A stretch of 64,000 nucleotides of DNA from Oopsacas minuta (GCA_024704765.1 JAKMXF010000055.1:912793-976792), one strand, 5' to 3'; numbered from the stretch's first letter, positions 12,238-25,304 are shown. Notes: generated from the letters alone by a model not told the origin. Made by a program: numbers and translations.

Positions 12238-14157
12238 GGGCCTCATTCACTAAACAGCTTAACTTAAGATTTGTTTAACTTTAAGCAAAAGCTAAGTATT
12301 TGAATAAGTTTTAAGCAAAAACTAACTATTTGCTTAAACTTAAGTAAAACTTAAGCAAAACTTAAGTTAAATTTAGGTTGGTATTCACTAAACAAAACTT
12401 AAGCAAAAACTAAGTACTTGCTTAAACTTACTCAAATATTACCAAAAACTTAAGTCATGTCTATAGTTGACTTAACTTTGATTGTCTATTAAACAATTGC
12501 AATTTTTTGTTATTAGTTATTATAGCAAGTGTAGGTTCATTTGAATATAATTATAGAATAACAGTTACAGACATGGGGGAACGCCGTTGCCTTACTTTTA
12601 ACCTAGCAATACATAAATATAGTTATGTAAAAAATTAAATTTATCAAAAATTGTGCATTATAGTACATTACCAGGGGGAAAATTCGTTGGAAATCTGTTG
12701 GAGCAACGAATGGAAATGATTGTTGTACCAGGAGATCTATTATTACTGTTTGATTTTGTACCATTTCAGGCAGTAACTGGAGTACGTTCCCAATAGATAG
12801 CTAATTCTCTTTGATCTCTCTCAAAAGTTCCAGCCTCTCATCCTCTTTTGCAATAGAAATACGTTTTGTATCATCGTCAATGGACGTTGCCAACTGCGAA
12901 TGTTTTCTTTTCCTACTTACTGCAGGTACCTTACCGTCAAATGGGAATGAAGGACTTATTGGCATTTGGTCTGCTGATATTTGGGAACTTTGTAGCTCGG
13001 CAGAGACGTCTATTCCACAATTAATTCCCTCGAAGCATTCTGTATCCCTTATGCTACAGATCTTTTACTCCAATGGGGTTAACTCTGCATCAGCTGGTCC
13101 ACCCCCAGTTTTTCTGATAGATTTTATTGTTCAGCAATTAGAGGTTTGTGCTTGCACAAAAGGTTAGACCACTTTTTTGTGACATCAACTCTAGACTTAT
13201 GCACACCGTGCTGACTTGTTAAACCACTCGCAATTTGATCCCAAAATGAAGATTTTTCTTCGAATGTTAGCGATGCACAAAGCTACCAAATAGCCTAAAT
13301 TTACTTTCTTCTACTAATCAACTAATGTATTGATTTCTTCCTGCGAAAATTTTTCGATCTTGTGTTAGTTTTATCTTGTTGAAGGTCCATTTTCGAATTT
13401 ATGATATAAACACTAGAAGTGTTTTCGAAGATTTATATAATTTAAAACTACTTAACTTTCCCAGCTGCTGGATCAATCAATAGTATCTTTCCCCACCTCA
13501 TAATTGTTTGTTTAGATTTTACACAGTTATTATCAAAATATTATTGGGTAATTCACCAACATTCTTCAAAATGGCTTTCGGTGTCATATTATTATACATA
13601 TTACCATATTATTAAATGGATTAGGAAACTATGATGTACTGTATTTACTCGTACGTGAATATTTGCCTACCCCAAAAAATTTCCCAACCATCTTATTCGG
13701 TCCCTGCTCGAACGGTATTTGATAGAGAAATTTCAGGAATATGGTCATGGTGCTATGACATCTTAGATTAATGAAAATTCCCAAATAGAGATCAAATTCG
13801 TAATTTGTAGTTGAGAGGGCGAGAAATCGTAGACTAAAAATTGAGGCCAGCTACTGTTCGAGTAAATAGATATAGTATTACACATAGATTATTATACCTA
13901 AGTATTAAGCAAATTCAAATTATTCGCTTAAGTTTTAAACATTTAGGAATACCTCACGAAAACTTAGCAAAATTGAAGTTATACTCAGTATTGAGCAAAA
14001 CCTAAGTTTTGCTCATAACTTAAGCAAATCTTAAGTATTCTATTAAGTTTTGGATATTTAGGAATACTTAACGAAAACTTAAGTTTTACTTAAGAACTGC
14101 TAAGTTTTACTTAACTTTAAGTTAAACAAAACTTAAGTTGTTTAGTGAATGAGGCCC
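12238..14157 (-). mobile_element. non-autonomous PIF/Harbinger element
   Basis: TIRs GGGCCTCATTCACTAAACA.CTTAA / reverse complement at 14157; 3-bp TSD CAG (12235-12237 and 14158-14160); subterminal tandem ACTTAAG/TTAAGCAAAA repeats at both ends. Confidence 0.88.
12790..13390 (-). pseudogene. Myb/SANT-like DNA-binding protein of Harbinger (degenerate)
   Basis: MDLQQDKTNTRSKNFSQEEINTLVD...FWDQIASGL...VTKKWSNLLCKHK...IRKTGGGP is typical of Harbinger ORF2; contains stops and frameshifts. Confidence 0.75.
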
Positions 14158-15074
14158 CAGATCAATAATGGTATGAAGAAGAGAGTCAACTCGCAAACAT
14201 ATATATAGTATATACTATGTTCATAGTGAAATCTTAAAAACTTAGCTGTACGATGGCGTTTACAGACCATGCGATTGTATGGCCGTTAGCTAAATTTTTG
14301 GAGCTCTGGCGAATAGTTAATCGAAAATGTTCCTCATGTTGTCAATATTGGTATGGAATAGGGTCTTTTCTTTTCACGCCGATTTGTTATTTTGTATCCG
14401 AAATTTTTTCAGTAAAGGATATGAAGGCGATCATACAATTTGTAAATATATTTTACTCCGAAAATATTCCTCAAATTCTAATCGTTTCATCATTTTACAA
14501 AAGAGTACAGTATACTCACATTATACTAAATACAAATATGCGATAGCTAAACAATATTACTAAATTTTCATGATTCTAAGTAGTACTGAGTCTATTCTAT
14601 GTATTCTAATAAAGTTGCAATGCTCAGCAACATAAGCCCAATAGCCCGTAATCATTTGTATTCTCCGCGAATTTGGAAAGATATGCAAAAAATTCTGCAG
14701 TTTAGAGAACATGATCAAGAGAAAAAACGAGCCAAAAGGTAGTGTCTTGATTACAGTATACCTCATCCAAAATGTAACATCTCAAAAGTAATAACTATCA
14801 GATTTCGTGTACATATATATTATCTTAATCTTGCATAAGTTATAAAGGTTAGTTGTTATATTATTTCAATGCATGAAGTCATTCTACAATTTTGAATTTA
14901 GGAGGAAAGTTTATTGGCCCTGTTGAATGTTCAAATCAGATGAGATAAAAGCAGCCAAAACTATTTCATGCTTTATGTTTATCAGCTTGTATAAGAAATG
15001 GTCTAGTGTTGTGTGTTAGTTGCCACTAACCAATTCTAAAGCAACACATTTACTTACAATTATTCAACAAATAA

Positions 15075-17053
15075 CACAGGCCTACACTTTTTAGTTGTAT
15101 TGATTTAGTCAACTGATATATACTAATTCTGTATTGCTGATTCCGATTATTCAGTCAGTTTCTCCCTAATATGTCAAGTTATGTCAAGTTATCTCACAAT
15201 CCTATTACTACATTTATAGAACAAAATGGTTCCAACCCTTATACGTTAAATTGGATCAATTAAATTTCTGAAAATATCAATATTTCATTCACTAGGAATA
15301 ATGATATAATTGTTACTAATATGAATGGAAGAAAGTGATACTATAAACATGTAATATGAGCACTATTCAATCGAAAAATTTTCTCTTGTTTGACTTTCTT
15401 GAATGTTGTTCGTTAGGACAATCTCTTTTTAGGCACCAACAGTAATCTGCCATCATATGTGTGCCCCATCTTCCTTGATATCACTGTTCCATCACTTTTA
15501 TGTCTTGATGGAATCGTTCACCTTGTTCTTCACTCATATCACCTAGATTATCCGGAAATCTATCAAGATGGTCTCTCAAATAATGAGTTTTAATACTCAT
15601 ATTACAGCCAAGAGCATGAGAGCTGTCGACTAACTTTGTGACTAGTTCTTTGTTTGTAGTTGGATGCCTTTTTATTACCAAGGAAATTAGAAACGACATT
15701 AGAGAAAGCCTACCACGCTCTCTTCTCTTCCTCGTTCATTGAATCTTTGAAGCTGTTGTCCCTAAGTAACTTGCGAATCTGTGGACCTTCAAATATCCCT
15801 GCCTTTTTCTTCTCTTCACTGATGTCTGGAAAATAATTTCGGATATACTTGAAACAATATCTGTCTTCATCCAGTGCTTTGATGAATTGCTTCATTAAAC
15901 CAAGCTTGATGTGGAGAGGAGATAGAATTATTTTATTTGTATGTGAAAGGGTTATTAATTACATTTTTGTCCCAAACTTTCAAACATTCTCTCGAAGGTC
16001 ACTTTCCCTTATCCAATGCTGGTTCCTATCTCTACTGTCCAAATAACAAAGAAAACAGGGGTACTTAGTGAACCCAGATTGTTGCCCTAATAGAAAGTTG
16101 ACCATTTTGAGATCAACACAGATGACCCAATCATGTGCAGAGTAGTTAATAATCTCTATTATTTCTTTCACATTTATTGTACTCCTCTTTGAGTTCAACT
16201 GAATATCCTATATGAATTGAACCGAATATATTTCCCTTATAGAGTAGTACACATTTCAGACTCCTTTTGGAGTTGTCAATAAACAGCCTCCAGTCACTTG
16301 GATTGTAGTTCGGAACTCCCATTGCCAGTAGAAGACCCTCAACATTTGGATAAAACACCAAACCATTCTTTTCGCAGAAATACTGTTGAAACTCTTGCTC
16401 CCTGTAACGATATAATGTTACATTTGTTCCTTGATGAAGTAGATTCTTTTCTTTCAATCTAGATGCAAGCAACTCAGAAGATTCTTTCGAGAGGTCAAGG
16501 TCACGAATTAAATCATTCAATTCCGCTTGGTTAAATAGAGAAGGCTCCGAGGAAGGACCTTGAAAATCAACATCATATTCACAGTCATGATCATTGACTT
16601 CATCCGAATTTGGTACCATCTTCATCATCATAGAGTCCGAGAAACTTTGTGAATATTGGTACAGGTAGATCACTACAATGAGGGACTGGTCGAATAGCAG
16701 ATTCTAAATTTGGGTAATTCAGCAGGTGTCTGTCACTCTTTTGCAGCCCATAACATTTACCATGCAGAAATAACAATCATCGAAATGATTTTTTGATTCT
16801 CTCCAAATCATAGGAATTCCGAAAGGGAGGTGTTTCTCTCTACCCTTACTCCAATACCTCAATAATTCTATACAAGATTTACAGACCTTATGAGGTGCCC
16901 AACTTTTGTCCTGGTCGCCCAGCTTAACTTTGAAATACGCATGGTAAGCTCTATTCACAAATTCAGTAATATTCTGCATCTGAGGTTTCGGAGTATAGGA
17001 ACCACAAATATAACAAAAAATGTCTGGAGAATTGAAACACTTTCTTTTCGACA
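15075..17053 (-). mobile_element. Chapaev3-like (CMC) transposon copy 1, degenerate, 5' end cut by pogo insertion
   Basis: MSKRKCFNSPDIFCYICG, LGDQDKSWAPHKVC, WRESKNHFDDCYFC, ICVDLKMVNFLLGQQSGFTKYPCFLC, KAGIFEGPQIRKL, DMSEEQGERFHQDI. Terminus TAA-CACAGGCC at 15072-15082. Confidence 0.82.
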
Positions 17054-17784
17054 TACAATAGAAGCTCGCAAACCGGGGCACCTTGGCGTTTCTGAAATGT
17101 GCCCCGGTTTGCGAGCTTCACAATATTTTCAAAATGGATTTAGATTATGCTACAGTCTAGACTTCTTTTCACTTAAATAGACATGATTACATTGTTTAAT
17201 AGATTATTCCAAACAATATCTATATTGCAAGTCAATAAATGGTAATATAATTGAATATTCGAACCCAGTATTGGGCTTACTTATGATCACTGGCGAAGTA
17301 GTCACTAATTTGGGACTGTTTTTGTTCTTGGGTGTGTCTTGCAGCTACTACCAACAAGTAGTTTTCAAGTTTAAAATTTCCCCCAAGAACTTCCCCATCA
17401 CCACAACCCAAGGCATACATCTGAAGCACTCGAATAGCTTCTAGTGCGGATTTTGAAGTCGGGATAGGAAAAGCTTCAGATAGATCACCCTCAGAATCGC
17501 ATTCAATTCCACAATCTTTGTCATGGACGTTTAGCCTTTGGGTCACATTAATTAACGCTTCCTCAAAGAGCTCTTCAGGACTGATTACAGGGGGAAAATC
17601 CCACATTCGTCATTTTCTTCTATCTGAATTTGAATCTCCTCTGGATTTATGATCATGGGTAGCTCGGGGACAACAGTTGCAACTCCAAACCCGCACTTTG
17701 AAAAGCATTTTGAGATTGTTTGGGCATTCACTTGATTCCAGGCTCGAGATGCCCAAAGTATAGCAAGAGCTATTGTAATCATTT

Positions 17785-20766
17785 CACAGTGGCACGGCAT
17801 GTGGAAATAGGTGAAAAAAATAAAACCTCAAATTGCTTTATAGTGTTGATATTTGAATTCAGCACCCCCACAAACCTCGGAAAACATTTGACATCTCTAC
17901 AATAGACTTTCCATTTAGCTCCTACGTCTATTCCAATGAGAGCATAATTGAAATTCGAAAGATTGATTTATGGTTTCAATTTTCGGTCATGATGTAATTT
18001 TGAATAATATGGATTCTCCACGTCAAATAACTGCTATTTATAGTATACCAATCGAAAGCTCTTATGTTGCTGAATAATAAATCACGTTAATCTTGGCTCC
18101 AATGAACAGATGGAATTTACTATTCTCATTTTAAACAAGCTTGTTCGTACAAGTGCAATAAATAGAAACACGTTTCATTAAAACTCTAGTACTTTTTTTG
18201 CCTTCCCTAGCGGAACTTTCCATTGCACTTTCCTAATAGCTCTTTTCGTCCTCTACAAAATACACTTTAAATTATGGTGTCAGGAAGTGTCAACGATATT
18301 TTTTTTTGCGATTTTAAATATAATCCATTCACAATTATCTAATTTTTGGCCCATATAAATCATAAATAATTGTTGTGGTTGTTTATTAGCACATTTTTGA
18401 TTATGAATAACGAAGATGCATACACGTTCTTAACTGCACAAAAGAATAAAACAATCACTTCTCTCGCGTCCTCGTTTATTGTCCTCAATAATTTGGAAGA
18501 AACAGAGCATGATACAGTTCGGAGAAAATTTTCGACCCTCAGAGAAGATAGGAGAGAATACCTGAAACGAGCCGATATAACTACTTGGAATGCGATACCT
18601 TTTCATACACCACTTAAACACCCGAGATTGAGTACAGGTTATCAATGCTCAGATGAAGTCATAGTGATAGGGAGTGTTTCTTCTAGCCAATCAACCTCTG
18701 TTTTCGAAGAAGATTTTAGTAAGCCCACCCGTAAGCCTCTGAGGGAATTATCAACTAAAGGTCTTCGCAGCCGATTGTCCTCCTTACTAACACATCTTGA
18801 AAAGGTTGTTGTACAAGAGAATGTTTCCAGTAAAGAACTATCCTGTTACCTGATGATGCTATGTTCACAGACTGAATACGACTTTACTACTACCAAGTTC
18901 TGTAAAGAAATTATTGCTAAGGGAAGCTTCGGTCCAGTCTGCAATAAACTAACCTGCCATAAAGCTGCGTTCTTGATGGATTCTTTAGAAATTGGAAAGA
19001 AGAAATACATCGATTTAAGACGTTTATTGCTTTCAGATGTCCAGCTTCCAGGTTACAATCGATTAGCTACCCATCGATCTCAAATTTGCTTGACTAATGA
19101 CATCTTTTCAGTTGATCGAGAACATTGGGTAGGCATTGCTGTATCTTACAAAAAGCTTCTGACTCATACAGTAAACAGAATATTGACTGCTTCTGCCAAT
19201 GAAATTCCCAGCGCCAGCAATCCTAAAAGGATACGAATTTCAGATGGACTTGACGGTTCTGGCTCTCACCGGGTTTATCAGCAAGCGACTCACCCCAATA
19301 TTTCAACAAAAAGTTTTATTTTATTCGGGTTTAAGGTGATTTCCATATCCGACACCGATAACAAACTGATTTGGAAAAACCCTCTATCAAATTCTCCTTT
19401 CTCAATTAGACCCGTTGCGATACTAGCTCTACAGGAGAACGAAGACAATATTCGATATCTTATGGATACACTAATCAATAAGGAGTCCACAGAGATAACG
19501 GAAAAGGGTTTAGAACTAACAAGCGGATTTTGTGAAGTTGAAATTCAACGTTCACAATTGGATGGCAAAATGGCTAAGATTATTAGTGGAGCTGGGGTGC
19601 ATGTTGCCAGTTCTGCACAGCGACATTCAAACAAATCCATGATCCGGATATCGTAAAAGACGGTTTTCCAATTAATCGATCCATCACAGACCTGAAAGTA
19701 TTATTTGATGAAGTTAACGAAGAGGAGTTTCTATCATTATCTTCTGACAACAGATTCAACGTTACACACAAACCAATATCTGACTTAGAAATCATACCCA
19801 GTTCGCCTTTGCATGCATATCTCCGATGTTTTGGCTGGTTTTTACATCTAATTAGCCATTTGCACGCAGGAGTATTTAAGTGGTCACCAACTTCTAAGAG
19901 AGTCTCAGATGCTAAAACTTTCGTTACAAGTTTAATTAAAGACAATCTCAATATTATTATTGACATCCCTTCAACACAAGGTGGCACAACGACTACTGGT
20001 AATGTGGTAAGACGATGCTTGATAAGAAAGGATGACAACGATCAAGATTTTCTCTACTGGGTTTTGACAGTGATCCCGTCTGAGTTCAAGTCCCACATAA
20101 TTGAAATTCACACATGCCTAGGAGCAATCCTACGCGTCTATAATAGCAGCAGAAGAGTGGATACAGAAGAACTAGCGCTTGTTTGCAGTAATATCTACCA
20201 GTCAATTCTCTGTGCATTTCCTTGGGCTAATGTTTCCCCGACGTTACACAAACTGTTAGCACATGCACCGGAAATCATCTCAACGTTTAATGATGGACAT
20301 GGGCTAGAGAACTTATCTGAAGAAGGACTAGAGGCTTCTAACAAATATATTCGGAGATACAGAGATCGTCTTGCTCGCAAGTTTTCATTTGAAGAAAATT
20401 TAAAGGATGTATTTGTTCGATTGATTTCTCACAGTGATCCCAAGCTGTTAATGAATCGCAAGTTTTCTATTCCAAGGCCTCCATCTAGCCAAGATATTTT
20501 AGTGAACACCCTTATTCGTGATCATGAAGATCATAATGATGATTAAAAGTAAACCTCTCAATCGATTAATAGAAAATTTGGGGAATTTTCACACCTCAGA
20601 TAGGTGACAATGACGTCATAACTTTGTCACCTGAAGGGATAGAGAAAAAATGAGTATCCCATTCGATTCGTTGGGCTCGAAAACCTATATGACAATAATA
20701 CATTTTGAGGACCTATGTGCCATCAAAATGCCTATTTCCACATTCTGACCATTTCGTGCCACTGTG
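17785..20766 (+). mobile_element. complete RAG1-core/Transib-like transposon with RSS-heptamer termini
   Basis: Both ends begin CACAGTGGCACG; 5-bp TSD CATTT at 17780-17784 and 20767-20771; shared internal block ATGTGGAAATAGG at 17799-17811 and 20731-20743 (reverse complement); encodes a RAG1-core-like transposase. Confidence 0.95.
18403..20546 (+). CDS. RAG1-core-like/Transib DDE transposase, about 714 aa after repairing one -1 frameshift at G4 19594-19597
   Basis: RKPLRELSTKGLRSRL (NBD-like), GLDGSGSH (D), SPFSIRPVAIL, SQLDGKM (D), GACCQFC and LHKLLAH (Zn ligands), SEEGLEASNK (E), DVFVRL..SDP. The downstream frame is stop-free from the G-run to 20546. Confidence 0.9.
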
Positions 20767-23032
20767 CATTTTATAAGGGTCACCGTTGGGTTTATTAATG
20801 TTGTCAATATTCACCATATGTGTCAATAGATGCTCATGCACCTGTTTACGAAATAGCAATTTGAGAGACTGGATAATACCGGCATCTAATGGTTGGGTGC
20901 AACTCGTGGTGTTGCAAAGGAAATGTGTGAGCTGCACTGCCTTTAAACTAAGCTCATCAGAGGCTTTGTGGACACTTGCATTGTCCATGAACATTAGGAT
21001 TTTCCTACCTGATTTGTACATTCTGTTGTCGAAGTCCTTCATCCAAGAGCAAAATATAAGACCAGTCATCCATGCCTTCCTCTGAGCCTTGTACACAACA
21101 GGTAATTTGGACATGTCTGCACCTTTCAAAGCCCTTGGTTTCTCGCTCTTCCATATCAGGAGTAGTTTCTCTTTTTCACCAAGCATGGATGTACAGATCA
21201 TGAGAGTGAGGCGAGATTTGTCCTGTTTAATACCATGAGCGGCATCTTTAGGAAGAACAAGGTACGTGGTGGTTGTTACCCTGAAATATAACCCAGTTTC
21301 ATCTAGGTAATAGATATCTTCCGGCTTATAAGACCTAATGACCCTAGGTAAGTCCTCTTCCCAATTCTTGAGAACCACCTTTTCAACACCTGCTGGATCA
21401 CCGCTAAGTGCTCTTCCGCAGATTCCATGACGCGCTTTCACTCTCGAAAGCCATCCCTCTGAAGCCTTAAATCCCTCCACTCCATTAGCACTAGCTTCTC
21501 TCTCAGTAGGGTACGAAGCATAGGGCCAGTTACGGCCATTCCTCGATCTCGGCTAATTTCAGGAATTCAATAACAGCAGTTTCGATACCTTCGTACATGG
21601 GAACAACAACAGAGTGCTTTCGTTTCCTGATGTTCTCAGGGATTTCACCTGTTTCGTCTATATGTAACTGAATGGCCACGCGATTCGATTTGATACGGTT
21701 AATTGTTCCTTACCCACATTGAAGAATTCAGCCACTATACGCTCACTCTTGCCATCATCCAACATCCTAAGAGCATTGTGTCGTTGTCCGATGGTTAGGG
21801 CAGACTTGTGTGAAGATTTGATAGTAGACATGTAGTTTTTATAGTAAAAAGGAAAACTAAGCAATTAATATAATTTGGTTGTTCTCTGTTCAACGGTTTG
21901 TTGTCCAGAATTGATTGGCTACAATTTATACAGCTTAGTGCACCCTAAGGGCTGGATACAATGAAGACTAAGGGCACAGATACAATGGAAACAAGGCGCC
22001 CCGGTTTGGGGGAGAAATTTAGGTGGGAAAAACCAAAATGATGGAAGGTGCCCCTGTTTTGGAGATGCCGCGGTTTGCGAGTCCCCCGGTTTGCGAGCTT
22101 CTGCTGTATAGGATTGAATGGAAATATATCTTAGTTATAGCGCAATAATTGTTCTTTCCCTTGAGGGTACGTTATATCCGAGTCATAGTGTATTATGTAT
22201 TGATAGTGAATGTTTCACACAAAAACCTAGAGAAAAATGTGAAAATTACAAAAAATTTGGAGATAGCGGAGAATATGGAGCAAATTATTATCAAATGGCC
22301 ATTTAGAGGGCAATATGTACAAAACTATACTCAACTAGCAGAGCACACTTGACTCGATGGGGTTGGGACAAAATTTGAGAATGAAAAAAATTTCCAAAAA
22401 TATTCGAGTGACAAGTCAAACGACAAGAAAACGTTCGCCCATCTCGAATATCAACATAAAATCCGATTCGGTTTAAATCAGTGAGTTATATAAAAGTAAT
22501 ACCTTCAAAATGGCATTCTTCAGAAGATCTACACCATCCTTTACACTAGAAATATCCTATGTTTGAAATATGCTAAACTGAGAACAACATTATCCTGGAG
22601 AATCCATCATCAACAACTTGGTATTTTGCCACTTTCCGAAAATAGGGATCAACGCTTGGTCAAAGAAAAAGTCGTAGCAACTTATGATAAGGTAGCATCC
22701 TAGTAAGAATCGTATTGCAACAGACCAAAACATGTATACTGTTCTGTAAGTCGGATAAACATGACTACTCACCGTTCTCAAGTGTTGGAATGAGATTGGA
22801 TAACGAACTTGATATAAAAGAAGCATTAAACAGGAGCTCTACGAAATAGATACATTGACCAACTTTCTAGATGAACGTTGAGATGCATAACTGTAGGATA
22901 TCACTCATGTATCGGAAAGTTGAGGATACTCAACAATGCCTCATTGCTGCAAATGTAATGACCCTGATGATATTCAGTGATATAATCTCGTTTGAAATGA
23001 GAATACAGCCCGATCTATACCCTTATTGATAA

Positions 23033-25304
23033 CACAGGCCAACAAAAAACATTTTTGTTTCTGTTGCCTAAGATTTTAGGTTGAATTTAGACTATATTTG
23101 TTGTACTGAGTACGAAAATTACATAGGATTTGCTCGATTGCCCCTTGAATTTGGCCCACATTTATGTTTATGTTGTTAGTCACCTTTTTCAAATGTATAT
23201 TCAATTTAATCAATACTTTCATAATTATAAGTATCTAGTATATTCTAACTCTATTGCATCGTCAAGATGAAAATGTTCCAATGATCCTAATAGGTTCTGT
23301 TACATATGTGGTGAATATACGTTGAAAATTCAAAGAAGAAGTATGTCTGACTTCGTGCGAAAGGCAAACTTTGCTTACTTTCAGGTGAAGCTTGGAGACC
23401 AAGACAAGCTATGGATTCCGCATATTGTGTGTAAAACATGTAATGAATATCTAAGGCTGTGGACTAATAGCAAGAGGAAGAGCTTTAAGTTTGGCGTGAC
23501 TATGGTATGGAGAGAACAGAGGAATCATTATGATAATTGCTATTTTTGTATGGTCGATATGAAAGGATTTAATCGACATAAGAAAAGAATGGGGAGTTAT
23601 CCTGACTCGGATTCTGATAGGTGTCCTGTGCTTCACTCTGAGGAGATTCCTCTGCCAAAATTTAGTCAGGTATCACCTTTCAATAGATAGTGATGGAATA
23701 GATGAAGATTTGGCACAACATGTCATTTCAATGAAAGTGAATTCGAGGATAGCTCTTCATTATCTGGTCAATTCAATCAGAAGGAACTCAATGATCAAAT
23801 TAGGGACCTCATCTGTCTAAAGAGTGTACAGAAATTTTGGCATCCAGGCTAAACGAGAAGAAGGATTAATTCATGACTTTAGCCAACAAGAAGACCTCGT
23901 CTTCTACAATGTCATTGGAGGACTTCTCCCGGAAATGGGAGTACCACAGTATAGACCAGAAGATTGGAGTCTATTCAATGATAGTTCCAAGAGAAGCTTG
24001 AAATGCGTTTTATTGCATAATGGAAATAAATATGCATCTGTTTCAATTGTACATTCAACAAAGCTTAAGGAGGAGTATGAAAATATTAAAATGCTATTGC
24101 AAAAATTGAAATATCATGAACACCAATGGTTGATATGTGTTGATCTCAAGATGGCAAACTTACTACTTGGCCAACAAAGTGGATACACTAAGTACCCTTG
24201 TTTTGTATGTTTATGCGACAGCAGAGCCCGCAAAGATCATTAGGCAAATAAAGTAAGGCCCTTGAGAACTGATCTAACAGTTGGAGAAGCAAACATTCTG
24301 TATGAACCATTGGTTCCCTGAGAAATATCCTTCTTCCTCCCCTCCAGATCAAGTTGGGTTTAATGAAGCAGTTCGTAAAATATCTGGATAAAGACGGCAC
24401 CCTGTTTCAAGTACATTTGCAGATCATTCCCAGGAATTAGCAAGGAAAAACTGAAAGCAGGGATCTTTGATGGTCTTCAGATTTGCAGTCGCATAAGAAA
24501 CACTGGTTTCGTCCAATCCATGACTAATTTAGAGTCTTCTGCATGGTGTGCATTTGTTTTGGCAGTCAATAACTCTTGGGTAATAATAAAGCTAACAACT
24601 ACATAGATTTAGTCAATGACATGATTTACAGATTCAAAGACTTAGATGTTAACATGAGCATCAGGGTTCACTATCTATTTAGCCACCTGGATCGTTTCTC
24701 AGAAAACTTTGGGGATTTAAGTGAGGAACAGGGGGAAGGTTTCATCAGGACATCAAGGTCATTGAAGAGAGAAGTCTAGGCAGGTGGGATAGCCACATGA
24801 TGGCAGATCACTGTTGGAGCCTCCAGCGAGAGTGCCCTCTGACATCCCATAACATAAATCAAATGAGAGACGGCATTTAGATGTTCTTCAAAAACAAGTT
24901 CAGAATTCTTTTTGATGGTATTACTTTTAACCAATTAATTGTTTTGGCAATGATAAATGCATTTCATACGCAGTAGCTATAATGATAAAATTATACTTCC
25001 CAAATTTTCGGTTTTGCTGTTAATAGTTACATTCAAAAACTACAGATTTCAATAATTCAAACTTTACACTTGGAAGCATAGAAAGTTGAATGTCACCGCT
25101 GAAACACCATGTCACTTTTAATGTTAAGAAATTTATGTGTAGTATACCTTCACTATTTTTATACTTATTACGTCAAATTTAACTTTAGGTATGGCAAAAA
25201 GTAGAGCGAATTCGGATAAGCCGATACCATTTTCAGATTCCTCGGCTCAATATACCTAGAAAAGGTTCTAACATCTTAGGCAACAAATAGCTTGTTGACC
25301 AGTG
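23033..25304 (+). mobile_element. Chapaev3-like transposon copy 2, full length, degenerate
   Basis: Imperfect TIRs CAC(A/T)GG(C/T)CAACAA...TGTTGCCTAAGAT; 3-bp TSD TAA (23030-23032, 25305-25307). PNRFCYICG, LGDQDKLWIPHIVC, ICVDLKMANLLLGQQSGYTKYPCF and DLSEEQGE motifs, with stops and frameshifts. Confidence 0.88.

Larger units (their letters stand above)
17056..22106 (-). mobile_element. pogo/Tigger element (about 2.06 kb without the nested insert), transposase split at 17785-20766
   Basis: 23-bp TIRs CA(A/G)(T/C)AGAAGCTCGCAAACCGGGG with TA on both sides. CENP-B-type HTH, FKASEGWL, LDETGLYFR, MDNASVH, TQPLDAGII. The frame NKPNGDPYKM|ITIALAILWASRAWNQVNAQTISKCF rejoins once the insert and one TSD are removed. 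Confidence 0.92.

Noticed and set aside
17819-17827. AATAAAACC, a 7/9 match to the RSS nonamer, 27 nt from the left heptamer
   Set aside because: No counterpart at the right end, and it lies in an A-rich tract where such matches are expected by chance.
17812-18400. Possible RAG2-like gene inside the Transib-like element or beside the 3233-5280 fossil
   Set aside because: Only about 600 bp (5') and 220 bp (3') of non-transposase sequence are available, with no kelch or PHD-like ORF visible. A CKLCEFQWACC string near 5640-5690 (-) has no supporting context.
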